Positions 41,511 to 54,860 of a DNA stretch of 64,000 bases are shown here, one piece after another. Origin of the DNA: Octopus sinensis (taxonomy: Eukaryota); assembly GCF_006345805.1 (NCBI RefSeq), contig NC_043015.1, forward strand, positions 6,634,001-6,698,000. Reading direction: 5' to 3'. How positions within the stretch are numbered: the first letter of the stretch is position 1; each line of letters starts with the position of its first letter. Below the pieces are notes generated by a model that was not told where the DNA came from, did not search any database, and saw only the letters and a program-made list of their open reading frames with translations. The position numbers and the translations under genes are program-made.

Positions 41511-42208
41511 CTGCACAGCACAAATTATCTGCTTCTACGAACAAGGAAGGTATACGCTTCTCGAATTCCATTCATCCGATATTAAGCCCCACCATTTAAT
41601 GTCTCTGCTGTATCGCTTCCCCACTTTTCTATTTCGCACACATATACATTCTGCATTCTGACAATTATTTCTCACCTGAAAAACAGATTTAAAATCCCAC
41701 CGCGCGTATTCTATTCCCATATGTATAAGAGATATGAAGTTTAAATTCAACATTAACTATATCTGATTAGTAATAGGAGAGGCATGATCCAACGAAGGAC
41801 GCGTACTAATACTAGAATTAAATACACTAAAACATGGAGATAGATTCATGTTAAACAACATCGCTGCTGTTTGATGGATGTTTTATAAGTAATAAGATTA
41901 CTAAAGATAGATTACTAAGATCACCTGTGAAAGTGGTGATCAGATATAATGCGCCGAAATGTTTAGCTCTCAATATATTATTACACATTAAAGAATTCAT
42001 CACCGTTTCTACAAACCAACAGGGTGTATATTGATGATGTTATTAATATCAATTTATTGCTAGATACCTTCACGCTTTCAAATATACATAAACGAATTCA
42101 TAGTTACACAAACACACACATAGACAGATACATACATATGCGCATATGCACACACACTTATGTATTTATGTATGTATACATATATATATATTCATACAGT
42201 ATATCTAT

Positions 42209-42253
<45 letters not shown>

Positions 42254-42396
42254 CATCCATATATCTATCTATATATATCTTTCCCTGTCTCATTCTCTCT
42301 GTGTATATATATATATACATAAGCATAAATACATATATATTATATACATACATATTTGCATAGATAGATATATAGATGATAGATAGATAGATAGAT

Positions 42397-42466
<70 letters not shown>

Positions 42467-42699
42467 CAGATGTAGACAGTCACGCGGTTTTGAGGAATGC
42501 TGCAATAGCATGACAGCTGTACATGGTTCTGTTCTTTTCGTTCAATGTGAAAAGTGACTATAATGCAATGGTTGCTTGTTTGCAGGGTCAAATAAGAAGA
42601 ACCATTTACCTGACCAAGACAACTTTTCGTTATCGCCAGTGGCCATTTGACGTAAGTTCAATAGAGCTGGTGTAGAATGTTGGTTTGCTAAACAACCTG

Positions 42700-43110
42700 T
42701 AGAATGATTATCATTATCGGGGCAAGATTTGTGAAGAGGCATTCCCATTCATTCTACTTGTATTGGTCAGCTGCAATAAGCGCATAAGTTGTGATACGTG
42801 TCCTTTGGTGTCCATCTGACAGATAACTTTCGCGTATACCTCCACGTAGCTGCTTGCATTTAACGGCGGCCATATTCTGCTGAACTATTTCGACTGAGTG
42901 GATAAACAATGTAATGGCTATATACGTCTTTGTGCGTGAAGACAATGCCTATATACGTGCGTGAAGACAATGCCTATATACGTGCGTGAAGACCTCCCTA
43001 CTAATGCATGTGAGAACTGGAACCGGTGAAAGATGCAGAAGAAGGCATCGTAGTTCAACAGTAAGGCCGATGCCCAACGCATAATGTAGTGCAGGGAGCA
43101 AGATAAGGTA
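42700..43110 (+). pseudogene. Possible MULE (Mutator-like) transposase relic with a 25-bp tandem duplication
   Basis: LLNYFD at 42877 and EDLPTNACENWNR at 42988-43026 resemble the MULE YFxxTW and PRTNNxxEGWN motifs. GTGCGTGAAGACAATGCCTATATAC occurs 2.5 times at 42932-42993. Confidence 0.45.
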
Positions 43111-43390
43111 GAAAAGACTTCTTGATCATCCACAACAGCTGTCTCTATTATTAATCGCATAGAACTGGAAATGCTCCTCGATTAACGATGGTAACAGATG
43201 AGAGAGTGTGTGGGATGCTAGGCAACTCAATTTAAACAATGTCTGTGCTTAAGACACAAGTCAGCATTCACTTATGATGTCTGACTTGTGATCATAGTTC
43301 CGACAGATGAACGCGTTTTTGTAGATAATCGAAGGAAATAAGGGTTATACTAATATTAGTATATTTCATATTAATATAGTTGCTGCATTT

Positions 43391-43775
43391 GTGGAGGTGC
43401 AATGGCCCAGTGGTTAGGGCAGCGGACTCGCGGTCGTAGGACCGCGGTTTCGATTCCCAGACCGGGCGTTGTGAGTGTTTATTGAGCGAAAACACCTAAA
43501 GCTCCACGACGCTCCGGCAGGGATGGTGGTGATCCCTGCTGTACTCTTTCACGACAAATTTCTCTCATTCTTACTTCCTGTTTCTGTTGTACCTGTATTT
43601 CAAAGGGCTTGCCTTGTCACTCTCTGTGTCACGTTGAATATCCCCGAGAACTACGTTAAGGGTGCACGTGTCTGTGGAGTGCTCAGCCACTTACACGTTA
43701 ATTTCACGAGCAGGCTGTTCCGTTGATCGGATCAACCGGAACCCTCGTCGTCGTAACCGACGGAGTGCTTCCACC
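43391..43775 (+). mobile_element. SINE family B, full length
   Basis: TSD AGTTGCTGCATTT at 43378-43390 and 43776-43788. Confidence 0.92.
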
Positions 43776-44128
43776 AGTTGCTGCATTTATTAATATATTC
43801 CCAAGTGATAGATATAGAAATGCGATATTTGGGGGAAATGTAAAATAATTTTAGCATAATGTATACTAAAGACTTTCAGTTTTGTATCTCGTGTTAAACG
43901 AATAACTAAAGATTTATATCTATACGTATATATACATATCTATACGATTCTATACGATTACACGTGTAGATATGCAGCGACATTCATGTATGATTCTACA
44001 TAGACATATATCTGTTATGTATGTATATATGCATATATGTGTGTAAGTAGGAGTATATGTATGTATATATTTATATATGCATACACATACATATATGCAT
44101 ATATGTATACACACACACGAACACATAT

Positions 44129-44583
44129 ATAGTATACATTTAAACAGAAGAGAAAACTGCCTTTAACAGGCAGTTTTTACACGCTAGAAGAAATAGCTAA
44201 AACGACCAAAACCACATTTAAGGGGAATCTTCAAAAGGAATGAACAATAAAATCTTTTAGCTCGTTATTTTTTCCCGATCAGACCTAGGTTTCAACATTT
44301 CTTAGCAATGAAAATAATTTGCAAGGCGAATTTCTCATCAGTGACCGCGCCATATTTGTCTCCTAATTGCATGTTAGTATTATGGTGCGGTTACTGATGA
44401 GAAATTCGCCGAGGAAATTATTTTATTTCCTAAAAACATTTTCAAACCAAGGTAGAAGTTTTTATTTTACGTTCCTTTTGAAGATTGGTATTAAATATGG
44501 TATTCGTCGTTTTGACTACTCCTTCTAGCGTGTAAAAACTGCCTGTAGAAGGCTGTTTTCTCCTATGTATAAATGTACACTAT
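44129..44583. mobile_element. ~455-bp fold-back (palindromic) element / long-TIR MITE
   Basis: Arms pair from the ends (ATAGTATACATTT..CAGGCAGTTTTTACACGCTAGAAG) to the centre (GGCGAATTTCTCATCAGTGACCGCGCCATA / TATGGTGCGGTTACTGATGAGAAATTCGCC). Confidence 0.85.
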
Positions 44584-44744
44584 TTTATATTAAGAATGTA
44601 TTATCTATTGACTTTTCATACATGCTAGGCTACTGGTAGTGAAATTTCTAAAAAAATCTCACTACCTTATATTTTACATATATACATAGTTAGATAGATA
44701 CTAGATAGAAAGAGAATTATACATATTGATGCATACATACATCC

Positions 44745-44775
<31 letters not shown>

Positions 44776-44783
44776 ATAGATAG

Positions 44784-44871
<88 letters not shown>

Positions 44872-44924
44872 TATGTATACACCACACATATGTACATATA
44901 TATATATATATCTATATATATCTA

Positions 44925-44960
<36 letters not shown>

Positions 44961-45075
44961 ACGGCTACACACACAAAAAATGGAAACTGTTTCAATTTAT
45001 AAGCTTATTTTGGGAAAGTACATAGAAATGCGTATGTATATACATAGATACATACATAGATATATACATACATGC

Positions 45076-45120
<45 letters not shown>

Positions 45121-45279
45121 CTCAGACTAATGAACGCATACACTGGCTTCGCACATTGAAAATTTAGCGACAAAATTCTATGCACTCGATCAAACACTCA
45201 TATACACAATTGCACATCTTTATATATATGTAATAAATATATGCATACTCAGACGTATATCTGGTCTAGAAATGAGTCC

Positions 45280-45358
<79 letters not shown>

Positions 45359-47431
45359 GTGGTGTGTGTGTGTGTGTAGTATATATTCATATATTTCATA
45401 TATTTGTATGTATATGTGCGTACGTATGTGTATACGTATATGTGCATATATATGCGTTATAGATACATACGCACACTCACATATGTGTGTATGTGTGTTT
45501 GTGTGTTTATATGTTCGTAATTATATATGTTTTTGTAAGCACGTATATCCATAGCATTCAGGAATTTTCCTGTATGCAATTGAAAGCAAAACACAATAGT
45601 GGCTTTCTAAATGTAATTCTCGTTCCATTCATTATACACTATACAACCAATGAAAAGCTTAAAATTACATTCTATAAGATTCCTGTCTCCCTTTCGAAAT
45701 TGTATTAATTCTTAACTCATTTTGTAGCAAGTTAATCCAGATATATTTTATATATATAATATAAATATATATATATATATATATATAATATATATATATA
45801 TATACTCACATACATTTATACTCACTTTTCATTCCGATTTATATATTTTTGATACTATGATAATACAATCATATTTCCTCTCTATTGTTGGAAGATAACA
45901 ATATGTTAGAGCTACATAGCTGTTATGAAAACCAATAGGGTTTATTTTCTTTGTTTTTCGTTTTGAGCTTTTAATCATTGCAAAAAGTTATCATGTGTTT
46001 ACAATTTCTAATATTAAATGTAATTGAGTTTCATTCTCTCAATTATTTCATTTGCCTCCCACCACTACCATCGCCTCTGCTAAATTATATATATCACATT
46101 ATATATTGCAAAAATGACTTTAAATGTTGTATGTATATCGCACGTTTCATTTCCTTTTCTAATATTGCAACTTAGTTAATTCCCTGGAAATTTAGCATGA
46201 TTATGATAATGATAACAAAAGCAGTATTATCATCATCATCATCATTATTATTAGTATTATTATTATTAATATTAATGCTACTAGTAGAAATCTGAATACT
46301 CAAAGAAATAATAGCCACTACTAGTTTTCTGATTTAGGCAATAGTTCAGTAACTTTCAAGGACTCCGGTTTTTATCACTTGTGTCAACTATTACCTGACA
46401 GTACAATGATTAAGCGACCCCAGAGAAAGGAGTGGAAAAGTAAATCTCGACTGGATTGGAACATAGATCGTAAAAGAGCTGAAGCAAACATCGCAAATCG
46501 TCTTCCGATATTCTAAACGTTTTGCCAGCACACAGCTTTAGCGATAGATCACATAGTAAGTTCTTATTTAAGCTGAAGTCAAGCTGTTCTGAAAGTAGGA
46601 TGCTCGTCAATATTATCGATGTATTTATTCGATTGATTATATATTCTATTGCAGCTGGTATAATAAAAGACAACGTATTTTTGTGACGCTCTAATTCTGC
46701 CATTTTAGTCGTAATCTGAATCTAAAAATTAATTCAGTTATTTATACTATATAATAGGTTTAGTATTATGATTATTTTTGTTTCTATTTTCAATACCGAA
46801 ATGCTAATATTATGCACAATCATGTACGCGTCGATATTAACGATGTCCGTACAGCTATGCCGTTTGGGGTCCAGTCTTGTATTGTGTTTGTATGCTTCAT
46901 TAGGTTTCTTGTATTATGTGCTCTGTTGATTTCCGGGATATTTTAATGCTTTTGTCTGCTTCCTTGCTCTCCAAAACTCAAGACACTCTGAAATTATGGA
47001 TTCTGTTATTTACGGTTATTCGTCTATTATTTAATATGAACACCTAATATGATCAATATCCATTTAGCTTTACTGGAAATTAATTTCTGCGTGTCTTCAG
47101 TAAATCAACCATATCTTTTTCTGTGTAGTATAAACTCTTGGCAAAATTCTATTCATGATCTATTCTATGATATTCCCAGACTGATCACGACGATCGTGCA
47201 TTTATATTTTGTGAATTGCTGCTATTCAGTACTCATTGCCTTTCCAGATCTTTCTATTTCTTGAATATTTGAAAGAGCAGATCTAATGTCAAATACATTC
47301 TTGTTTTGATGGTTGCCGTATTTTTATATTCCAAGACTCCAGTCATCAATGTGTCCTGTAGTAAAGTGTGTAGGATATATTCTCAGTTAGACTTGCCTGA
47401 TATTTCTAGACGCTTTTGCTATCATGTAGGG

Positions 47432-48273
47432 CAGTGGTTCTCAACCAAAGCCCATGTGACTCCAAGGTTTCCATGTAAGACTGTTAGGGGTCCACGCAAG
47501 CAAACTAGTAAATTGGAGGCCCATATTAGTATACTCTTTTTAACCTTTTACTTGTTTCAGTTATGTGATTGTGGCCATGCTGGACGACTGCCTTTAGTCG
47601 AGCAAATCGACCCCAGGACTTATTCTGTGTAAGCCTAGCACGTATTCTATCGGTCTCTTTTGCCGAACAGCTATGTTACGGGTACGTAAACGCACCAGCA
47701 TCGGTTGTCAAGCGATGTTGGGGCAGAAACACAGACACACAAACATATACACACACATACATACGTACATAATATATATATATATATTATATATATATAT
47801 TCTAAGTATATATATATATATATATATAAATAATATATATATATATACATATATACGACGGATTCTTTCAGTTTCCGTCTACCAAATCTACTCGCAAGTC
47901 TTTGGTCGGCTTGAGGCTATAGTAGAAGACACTTGCCCAAGGAGCCACGCTGTGGGACTGAACTCGGAACCGTGTGGTTGATAAGCAAGCTACTTACCAC
48001 ACAGGCACTCTTTCGCTTATATTAAGTATATTGAGAATCTATGAAAAAAATAATCTCCTTTTGAGGTTTTTTATTTGCAAGAAACAGCTCCATTTCTTTC
48101 TCTAACGTTTTATATAGTCCAACCAACACGAGTTAATATGTAAAAATCAAAATAGGAATTTAGAAAGAACTAGGTTTTAATTACTGTATAGCTATGGGGT
48201 TCCACCAGAATAAGGTAGTAGTAAAAATGCTCCATAGGTAAAAAAAAAAAATAATGACAGTTGAGAATCGGTG
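47432..48273. mobile_element. hAT (Charlie-like) MITE, interrupted by a SINE
   Basis: Left end CAGTGGTTCTCAAC, right end GTTGAGAATCGGTG (degenerate inverse), subterminal GGGGTCCA/GGGGTTCCA motifs. The 8-bp TSD is not preserved. Confidence 0.55.
47533..48017 (-). mobile_element. SINE family A, full length
   Basis: Reverse complement of the 1882/38018 family; TSD-like ATATTAGTATA / ATATTAAGTATA. Confidence 0.9.
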
Positions 48274-49508
48274 AAACAGAATATCCTCCATGTACCTTGA
48301 TTAGTAAAGATCTAAGATGCTACACTTTCATGTGTTATCCCATCAAACAGTTTCAGATCCTGCTGGTTGCATAACATAATCTCCCACTTTGCTGTCGGTT
48401 TCGAATCTGATATAGGGCTACAGATAGATTCAAAAACCTGCAGCTGTATTTATATATACGATTCTTTAACTGGCGAATGTGCATCCTCTTTGGAATGGAG
48501 GGCAAAAGCTGTTCCGGCAGCCTGTACTCGAAAGGGAATTATTGCACATATATAAGTTTCCATTTATCCTATCTGAATCGATAAACCAAATTATCATTCA
48601 AGGGTGGCTGATTGGTAGATATAGTAAAAAATCAAATGACATTCCTTATTGAACTAATTTCAGTAATTGCTGATCTTGGGTGGCAAATTTAATTCTTAGA
48701 TTATTTGGCACTATCATTTTTTTATTTTATGAATTTACTCCTTTTAAGCTATCGATAAGTCCCCAATATGAGGATAACGTCACCCCATTCTTCCACTCCT
48801 AAAAACTGGAAAGACACATGGAGGTTAAAGAATTCGGTAGCGTTCCCAAAAATATGTTTTCAGTCTATGAGTTCAACAGAAAACGAAGCAGCTCAGTATT
48901 CATAACGTAACATAATTAGCTTTACAATAAACTATGTCTTTCTATTACTACTTCATCAAAAATAATATACATCTTTTCTAACTTGCTCTAATTGGTATCA
49001 TACTGATGTTATATGAAAAATATCCAAAATTTGAATTTTGCCTTATTAGGAACGTAAGCTATTTCAAAAATTACATATTCCCGTAACCTTTCAATCTCAT
49101 TTATCTATCGCACGTTGGTAAATAAAGTATTTTACTTGCAATACGCACGTAGTCGATAGTGTCAGAGTTACCTACGCGTTGATTGAGACTTCTTTATCGT
49201 ACGCAATCACAAACAAATCAAAGTCGACATACTTCCAAATTAATCATACATGGAGATGCCATATATTCATATATTCATATATGTCACATATTCATACAAG
49301 AAAAACATTATGACTGTAATGCTCCATAAAGCTGTATTGTATTCTTTATGACTAGACATAGCGGTGCTACGTTTCAACAGAATTGGACGCAGCGATGTTG
49401 TGATATTATTGTCTTTTGCAATTTGCTAGATTATTATCGACATAATTGAAGCGCTATTGCATTATATGTAACTCGAAAGTGGGTCGCATAGTTTTGCTAT
49501 GAGCATGG

Positions 49509-49559
<51 letters not shown>

Positions 49560-50431
49560 TGTGTGGTGTGTGTGTGGGTGTGGTGTTGTGTGTGTGTGTC
49601 TATATGTCTATATATACCTATACGTACATGTATATATACATATATCTATATACATACATATACGTATGTGTATACATATATATGTATATATACACTCATT
49701 CATACATACATACATATGTATTTATATACATACGTTTATGTATATATGTATATAGATATATGTACACACACACACACATATATATATGTGTGTATGGGTG
49801 TATGTGTGTGTGTGTGTGTGTGTGTCTTTATATCCGTTTGTGAGAATAGCGGAAATAATTATTGACGGTTCAGATACGATTCATGATGGGCAGCTCTGTT
49901 CTGAGTTTATTGTTAGGTTTATTAACAGGGAAAGATCAGATCACGCATTCGATTTAGTGTCGATCATATCAATGCAGAACAGCAAGAGGTTTGTTTCGTC
50001 ATGCAAAGTCTATTTAATGATACGCTTTCATAGAAATGTTTCACTGGTATTCCAAAAATAATGAATAATATTGTACATATATTGATAAGGAAATAACGTC
50101 TCTATGATAATACCGTTTTATGCTCGATAAGGTGGAAATGGTAAATGATTATGCGAAAGTCACCAACACTGCTGGTATTAAGAACGGACTTCCTTCGATA
50201 AAAAGAAAAGTTGTCCCGAGCACCGCCGCTACTTACAATATGCCTGCTGTCTATTTTACAGTTACAGATTTCATTAGAACGTAGGTGTTAGTTACATATG
50301 TGCTTCTGTCACCATATTGTTAAAATCGAGAAAATGACAAATACTGATATTTGTTTTATGTAACGCATATATTTCAGTTGACGTAAACATTATATGTCAC
50401 GGTTTGTTACTTTATTTTGCTGTGTTCTTAC

Positions 50432-50497
50432 AGTAGATTTTCTTGCTGCTCTTCCGGCAGCTGCTTCTCAGCCGTAGCTAAAATTTCGTTGACAAAT
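50432..50497 (-). CDS. Candidate 66-nt symmetric (phase 2-2) coding exon, unknown protein
   Basis: ctttccccttag|ATTTGTC...AATCTACT|gtaaga. Locally GC-rich; only one open frame, FVNEILATAEKQLPEEQQENL. Confidence 0.5.
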
Positions 50498-50765
50498 CTA
50501 AGGGGAAAGCTATATATGTCTGTAATTTTCTATGGTCAATACTTTAAAATATATTTGTTTTTCTCCACTTATCAAGAGAACAGGGGCAATTTGACGAATA
50601 TATCTTTGTAGTACTCAGCACGTAGTTATAGAATGGTATATATATATTCTCATGCACACACACACACGCACATATACACAAGTATATATGAATAGATTTA
50701 TATAATCTGTGTATAAGCGTGTGTGTATGTAAATACATATGTATTAACGCACATATATATGTATT

Positions 50766-50839
<74 letters not shown>

Positions 50840-51675
50840 AATATACATTATATGATATATATGAAAAATAAAGGATATATATACTTGTGCGTCTGCGGGC
50901 GCGTGTGTATTTACACAAAACATACATTATGAGATATCAGTGAATGATAAAGAGGTATTTCGTCCAAGGAGGGAAAAGAGATGGACAGTAAACAAAATAC
51001 AGAGGAATATATTTAATAGGAAAGTCCGAAATGCCGAAGGAATATATATAAGTAAAGCTGTGTTGAAAGGTGGATTACCAAAGATATATATTATATGGAG
51101 TTAAAGAAGAAATGGTAATTATCTTTTGACATAGTAAAAATAATGATGTAAATCAAACAAGAAAATTATATGAAAGAATATCATGCTGAGAAGAATGAAT
51201 AAAAACCTACAAGAATAGAAAAATTTAAGAATAGAACATTTGAATAGTGAAATGTAAGACTTGTATAAATTAATAAATGTATAAATGTGAATGGCAATAA
51301 CAATGGATTGTGGCAAATGAAAGCAATGATGAAGTAATGGGGGGAAGAAAGCCTATGCATATTAAAAATACAGAGCATGATGAAGCATTGTTTTTGATAG
51401 TTTTGTAATGATATATAAATAAACGTGTGAACGACTAAGATGTTAGACTTCCTTACGAAATCGTGATACTCCGCGAGGTGAATAGAAATGAATGTGTTTA
51501 AGGATATAACGGCTAAGTGTATGAAATGCATATTGTTCTATTAAGCATTTCAGTCTTAGAACAATAGACAGGGTAGAATAGGGTCCTTAAGTATTTAGAC
51601 TATCACAGCAAACCCAGGACGCATATTACCGTTCTGTTTTACCAGCCGCTACACACTGCGAGATATAAACGTACA

Positions 51676-51709
<34 letters not shown>

Positions 51710-51730
51710 GTATAATCTATATGTTCAATA

Positions 51731-53175
51731 TTAGTCATGAGAAGGGGACAGTTAGTCAACAGCAAAGGCATCAAATTACCTGATGGCCAGATATTAAAAT
51801 TATTGAAAGGAGGACAGAGTTATAAGCCTCTAGTAGTGTTAGAATCTGACAAGGCACTAACTACAGAAATGTAAACGAAAACAGAGAAGGAATAATTCAG
51901 AAAAATTAGGAAAATAATGAAGTTAAAGCTAAATAGTCCGAATCTAGTGAAGGCTGTTAATACTCGGGCAGTATAATTAATTAGAGACTCTGCAACCTTT
52001 GTAAATTGAATAAAAACTGAATTAGCCAAGCTAGAAGAAGAACTAGGCAGGAGTTCGGTATGAATGGAGGATTTCACCCAAGAGGAGAAGTAGCAAGGTT
52101 ATACTTATCTAGAAAAGAAGGTAGGATGGGGCTAATATCAGTAGAAGACTGCGTGGAGTTAGTTAGAGTAGATATATACTTCTATGTAGGTAATAGTGAA
52201 GAAAGTTTAAAAGCTACAAGAGTCACAGCAAGACATAAGAAAAACCAAAAACACAAACGAACTTAAAAACTAGAAAAAAAAGAACAGAAATTATATGACG
52301 GGTAATAGAAGGTAGTAGATCGGTTTCAGCAAATAGTGGTAGTGAGACATGGTTATGGATGCAGAAAGGAAAACTGAAGAGGAAGGCAGAAAGTTTGTTA
52401 GTTACTGCACAAGATCAAGCATTAAGGACTAATTTGTTGAACGCCAAGATTGACAAAACTCAAATAGATTTCCAATGAAGATTATGCAAATAAAAAGAGG
52501 AAAGCGTTACTCGCATAGTAAGTGAATGTAGCGTGCTGGCACAGAAAGAATACACGGGGAGACATGACAAACTGGAAGGAGTAATCTACTGGGAGCTACG
52601 TGGGATGAACATACTGATAAATATTATGAACATGTACCTAGTAAAATACTAGAAAGTAAGAAATACAATATATTGTAGGACTTCAAATTTCAGACTGACA
52701 GTGTAGTAGAAGCTAGAAGGCCTGATTTTGTTGTTGTTATAGTAGTAGTAGTAGTAGTAGCAGTAGATGAAGAGCATAGAATGTGCCAGATAATTGACTA
52801 TATAGTTCCAAATGATGAAACCATTAATATGAGAAGTATAGAAAAATAGCTAAGTACTAAGATCTATCTATTACATTACAGAGACTATGGAAAGTGAGGA
52901 TAAAATGTATCCCAGTAGTTATAGATGCATTAGGAACGACCCCCTAAAGATTTGAACAGATGAATAGAGGAAGTAGGCATAAAACCCAGTTTAGTGCAGC
53001 TGCAGAAAACAGTGTTACTAGGGACAGCTAGGATACTTTGGATGGTTCTTGGCATCTAAGGTTACTTGCTATAGTCCAATAGGCAGGTCTTTGAAATCTA
53101 AGGTTACACGTTGTAACCCGATGTTAGGATATGTTTTCTTTTCCAACAGTCTAATCTGCTGAGTGTATATGAAAC
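51731..53175 (+). mobile_element. R4/Dong-clade non-LTR retrotransposon, 5'-truncated and decayed
   Basis: Translates LNSPNLVKAVNT, FHPRGEVARLYLSRKEGRMGL, AQDQALRT, RLC..ESVTRIVSEC..LAQKEY..RHD, RRPD..IID, KY.DL..LW and LQKTVLLGTARIL (RT thumb, CCHC region, restriction-like endonuclease). A TAA-rich tract follows. Confidence 0.9.
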
Positions 53176-54403
53176 TACTAATAATAATACTGATAATCCA
53201 CTCGCCAAAAAATATTCACTATATTGTATTGTGCAACAGGAGTGTAAGTTGGAAAATTTTTGCCCCTGATACCCTGACATTGGACCAAATACAGAACCGT
53301 AAGATCGCTGACTGAACATTTTAACCATATGTCCTAGTGAAAATGTTCATGAAATGATAGATATTTAAATAGAAGAATGAAAACTAAATTATTTAACTTG
53401 CTGGAATTACAAAATATGTTAGGTGCCAATACGTATACATTTCCAAAAATTTCAGAATAATGGGAAAACGGAAGAAGTTTTGAGGCAACAAGAGTTAATC
53501 GGCTTGATAATTCGACACCACTAAGGCTTATCTGCTGTTATATGTTTGGAGGCTAAGCTTTTAATCTTCGGCAATGCAAAGGAAAATAAGATAGTGATTT
53601 CACTTATGCTTGAGGTAAAAGACAACACCGTGGTCTCTTTTCCCTTCGTTTTATCTATTCGCAAAAGTATGTTAGTTGCGTTCTGAATTTTATAAGTAGA
53701 TTTAACTAGTGTTAGTCATTTCGTTGCTGCAATACTGGAAAGCCAGCTCAAAATACTTAGTTGATTACAGTTACACGTGGTATTTTTGCCCATATACAAA
53801 TACACTGAATTGATGAAGGTGCTTCTTCCCATGATCTGTAAGCAATACTAGACAAATATCCCTCGAATCATACTCCTTCATCTTGAAGACGAACACGACT
53901 TCGGTTTTCATATTATCGCTATATAAGCATACATATAATGCTGACAGCTATGTATGTACACCACTAGACTTTGAACGTGAATCAAGCAGACATATTGTGT
54001 TTATGTTTATCGATATCTTATTTTTGTACGTAAATTTCTCTTATATTTTTTTTTTCATTTTTTTTTTTGCTATGAAGTGGAAGACGTTGGTTGGTGATGG
54101 AAATTCATTATCATTCTATGTATCCTCGTTCGTTCTTAGTAGTAGGGTATACGTGAGGTTAAAACCTTTTGAAGATAGTTTTTATTCGTTAATGCTTACC
54201 TTCTAAAGCTACTTGAATTTACACTGTCGCTATGTAAAAAAGGAGGATATTACAACATCAAAGAGAATATAACTGAACTAATAAACGTTCTCATTCGTGT
54301 CCGTGTTAGTAGGCAAGACACGAACAAATATATAAGGCTAGACAAACACACATACATAAATAGTAAAAAAGTACACAAAACTATCTGTCTCTTTCTCTCT
54401 CTC

Positions 54404-54404
<1 letters not shown>

Positions 54405-54499
<95 letters not shown>

Positions 54500-54860
54500 A
54501 TATGGTGTATATTTATATAATATATATATATGTGTATATATATATATATATGTATTTATATTTGTATATATATATATATATATGCATTTATATATGTATA
54601 TTATATGTATATGTATGTATATATATATATATTTGTAATATATATATATATATATACACATACATATATATGTATATTTATATATATTTGTAAATATATA
54701 TATATATATATATATACATACATATATATGTGTGTGTGTTTATGTGTGTTTATATACTAATACACAGACGTATATGTATAAATTGCTTTATACACTCACT
54801 CACATGTACACAGATACTCACAAATACACGCACACGCACACACACATACACGTGCATACA
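54405..54860. repeat. (TA)/(TG)/(CA) compound microsatellite
   Basis: Directly visible. Confidence 0.95.

Larger units (their letters stand above)
46860..48720 (-). pseudogene. Highly decayed RTE-like LINE reverse transcriptase relic, split by later insertions
   Basis: Minus-strand fragments FGLSIQIG (about 48560), ILHTLL (about 47365) and AKSLYYTE (about 47130) resemble RT C-terminal motifs in the expected order. Many stops. Confidence 0.35.

Noticed and set aside
42932-42993. CRISPR-like direct repeats (also 27166-27366 and 56516-57067)
   Set aside because: Head-to-tail tandem units without unique spacers, in eukaryotic DNA with no cas genes.
44390-44420. CTGATGA near GAAA in the fold-back element
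   Set aside because: No stem II between the boxes; the motif is simply part of the palindrome arm.
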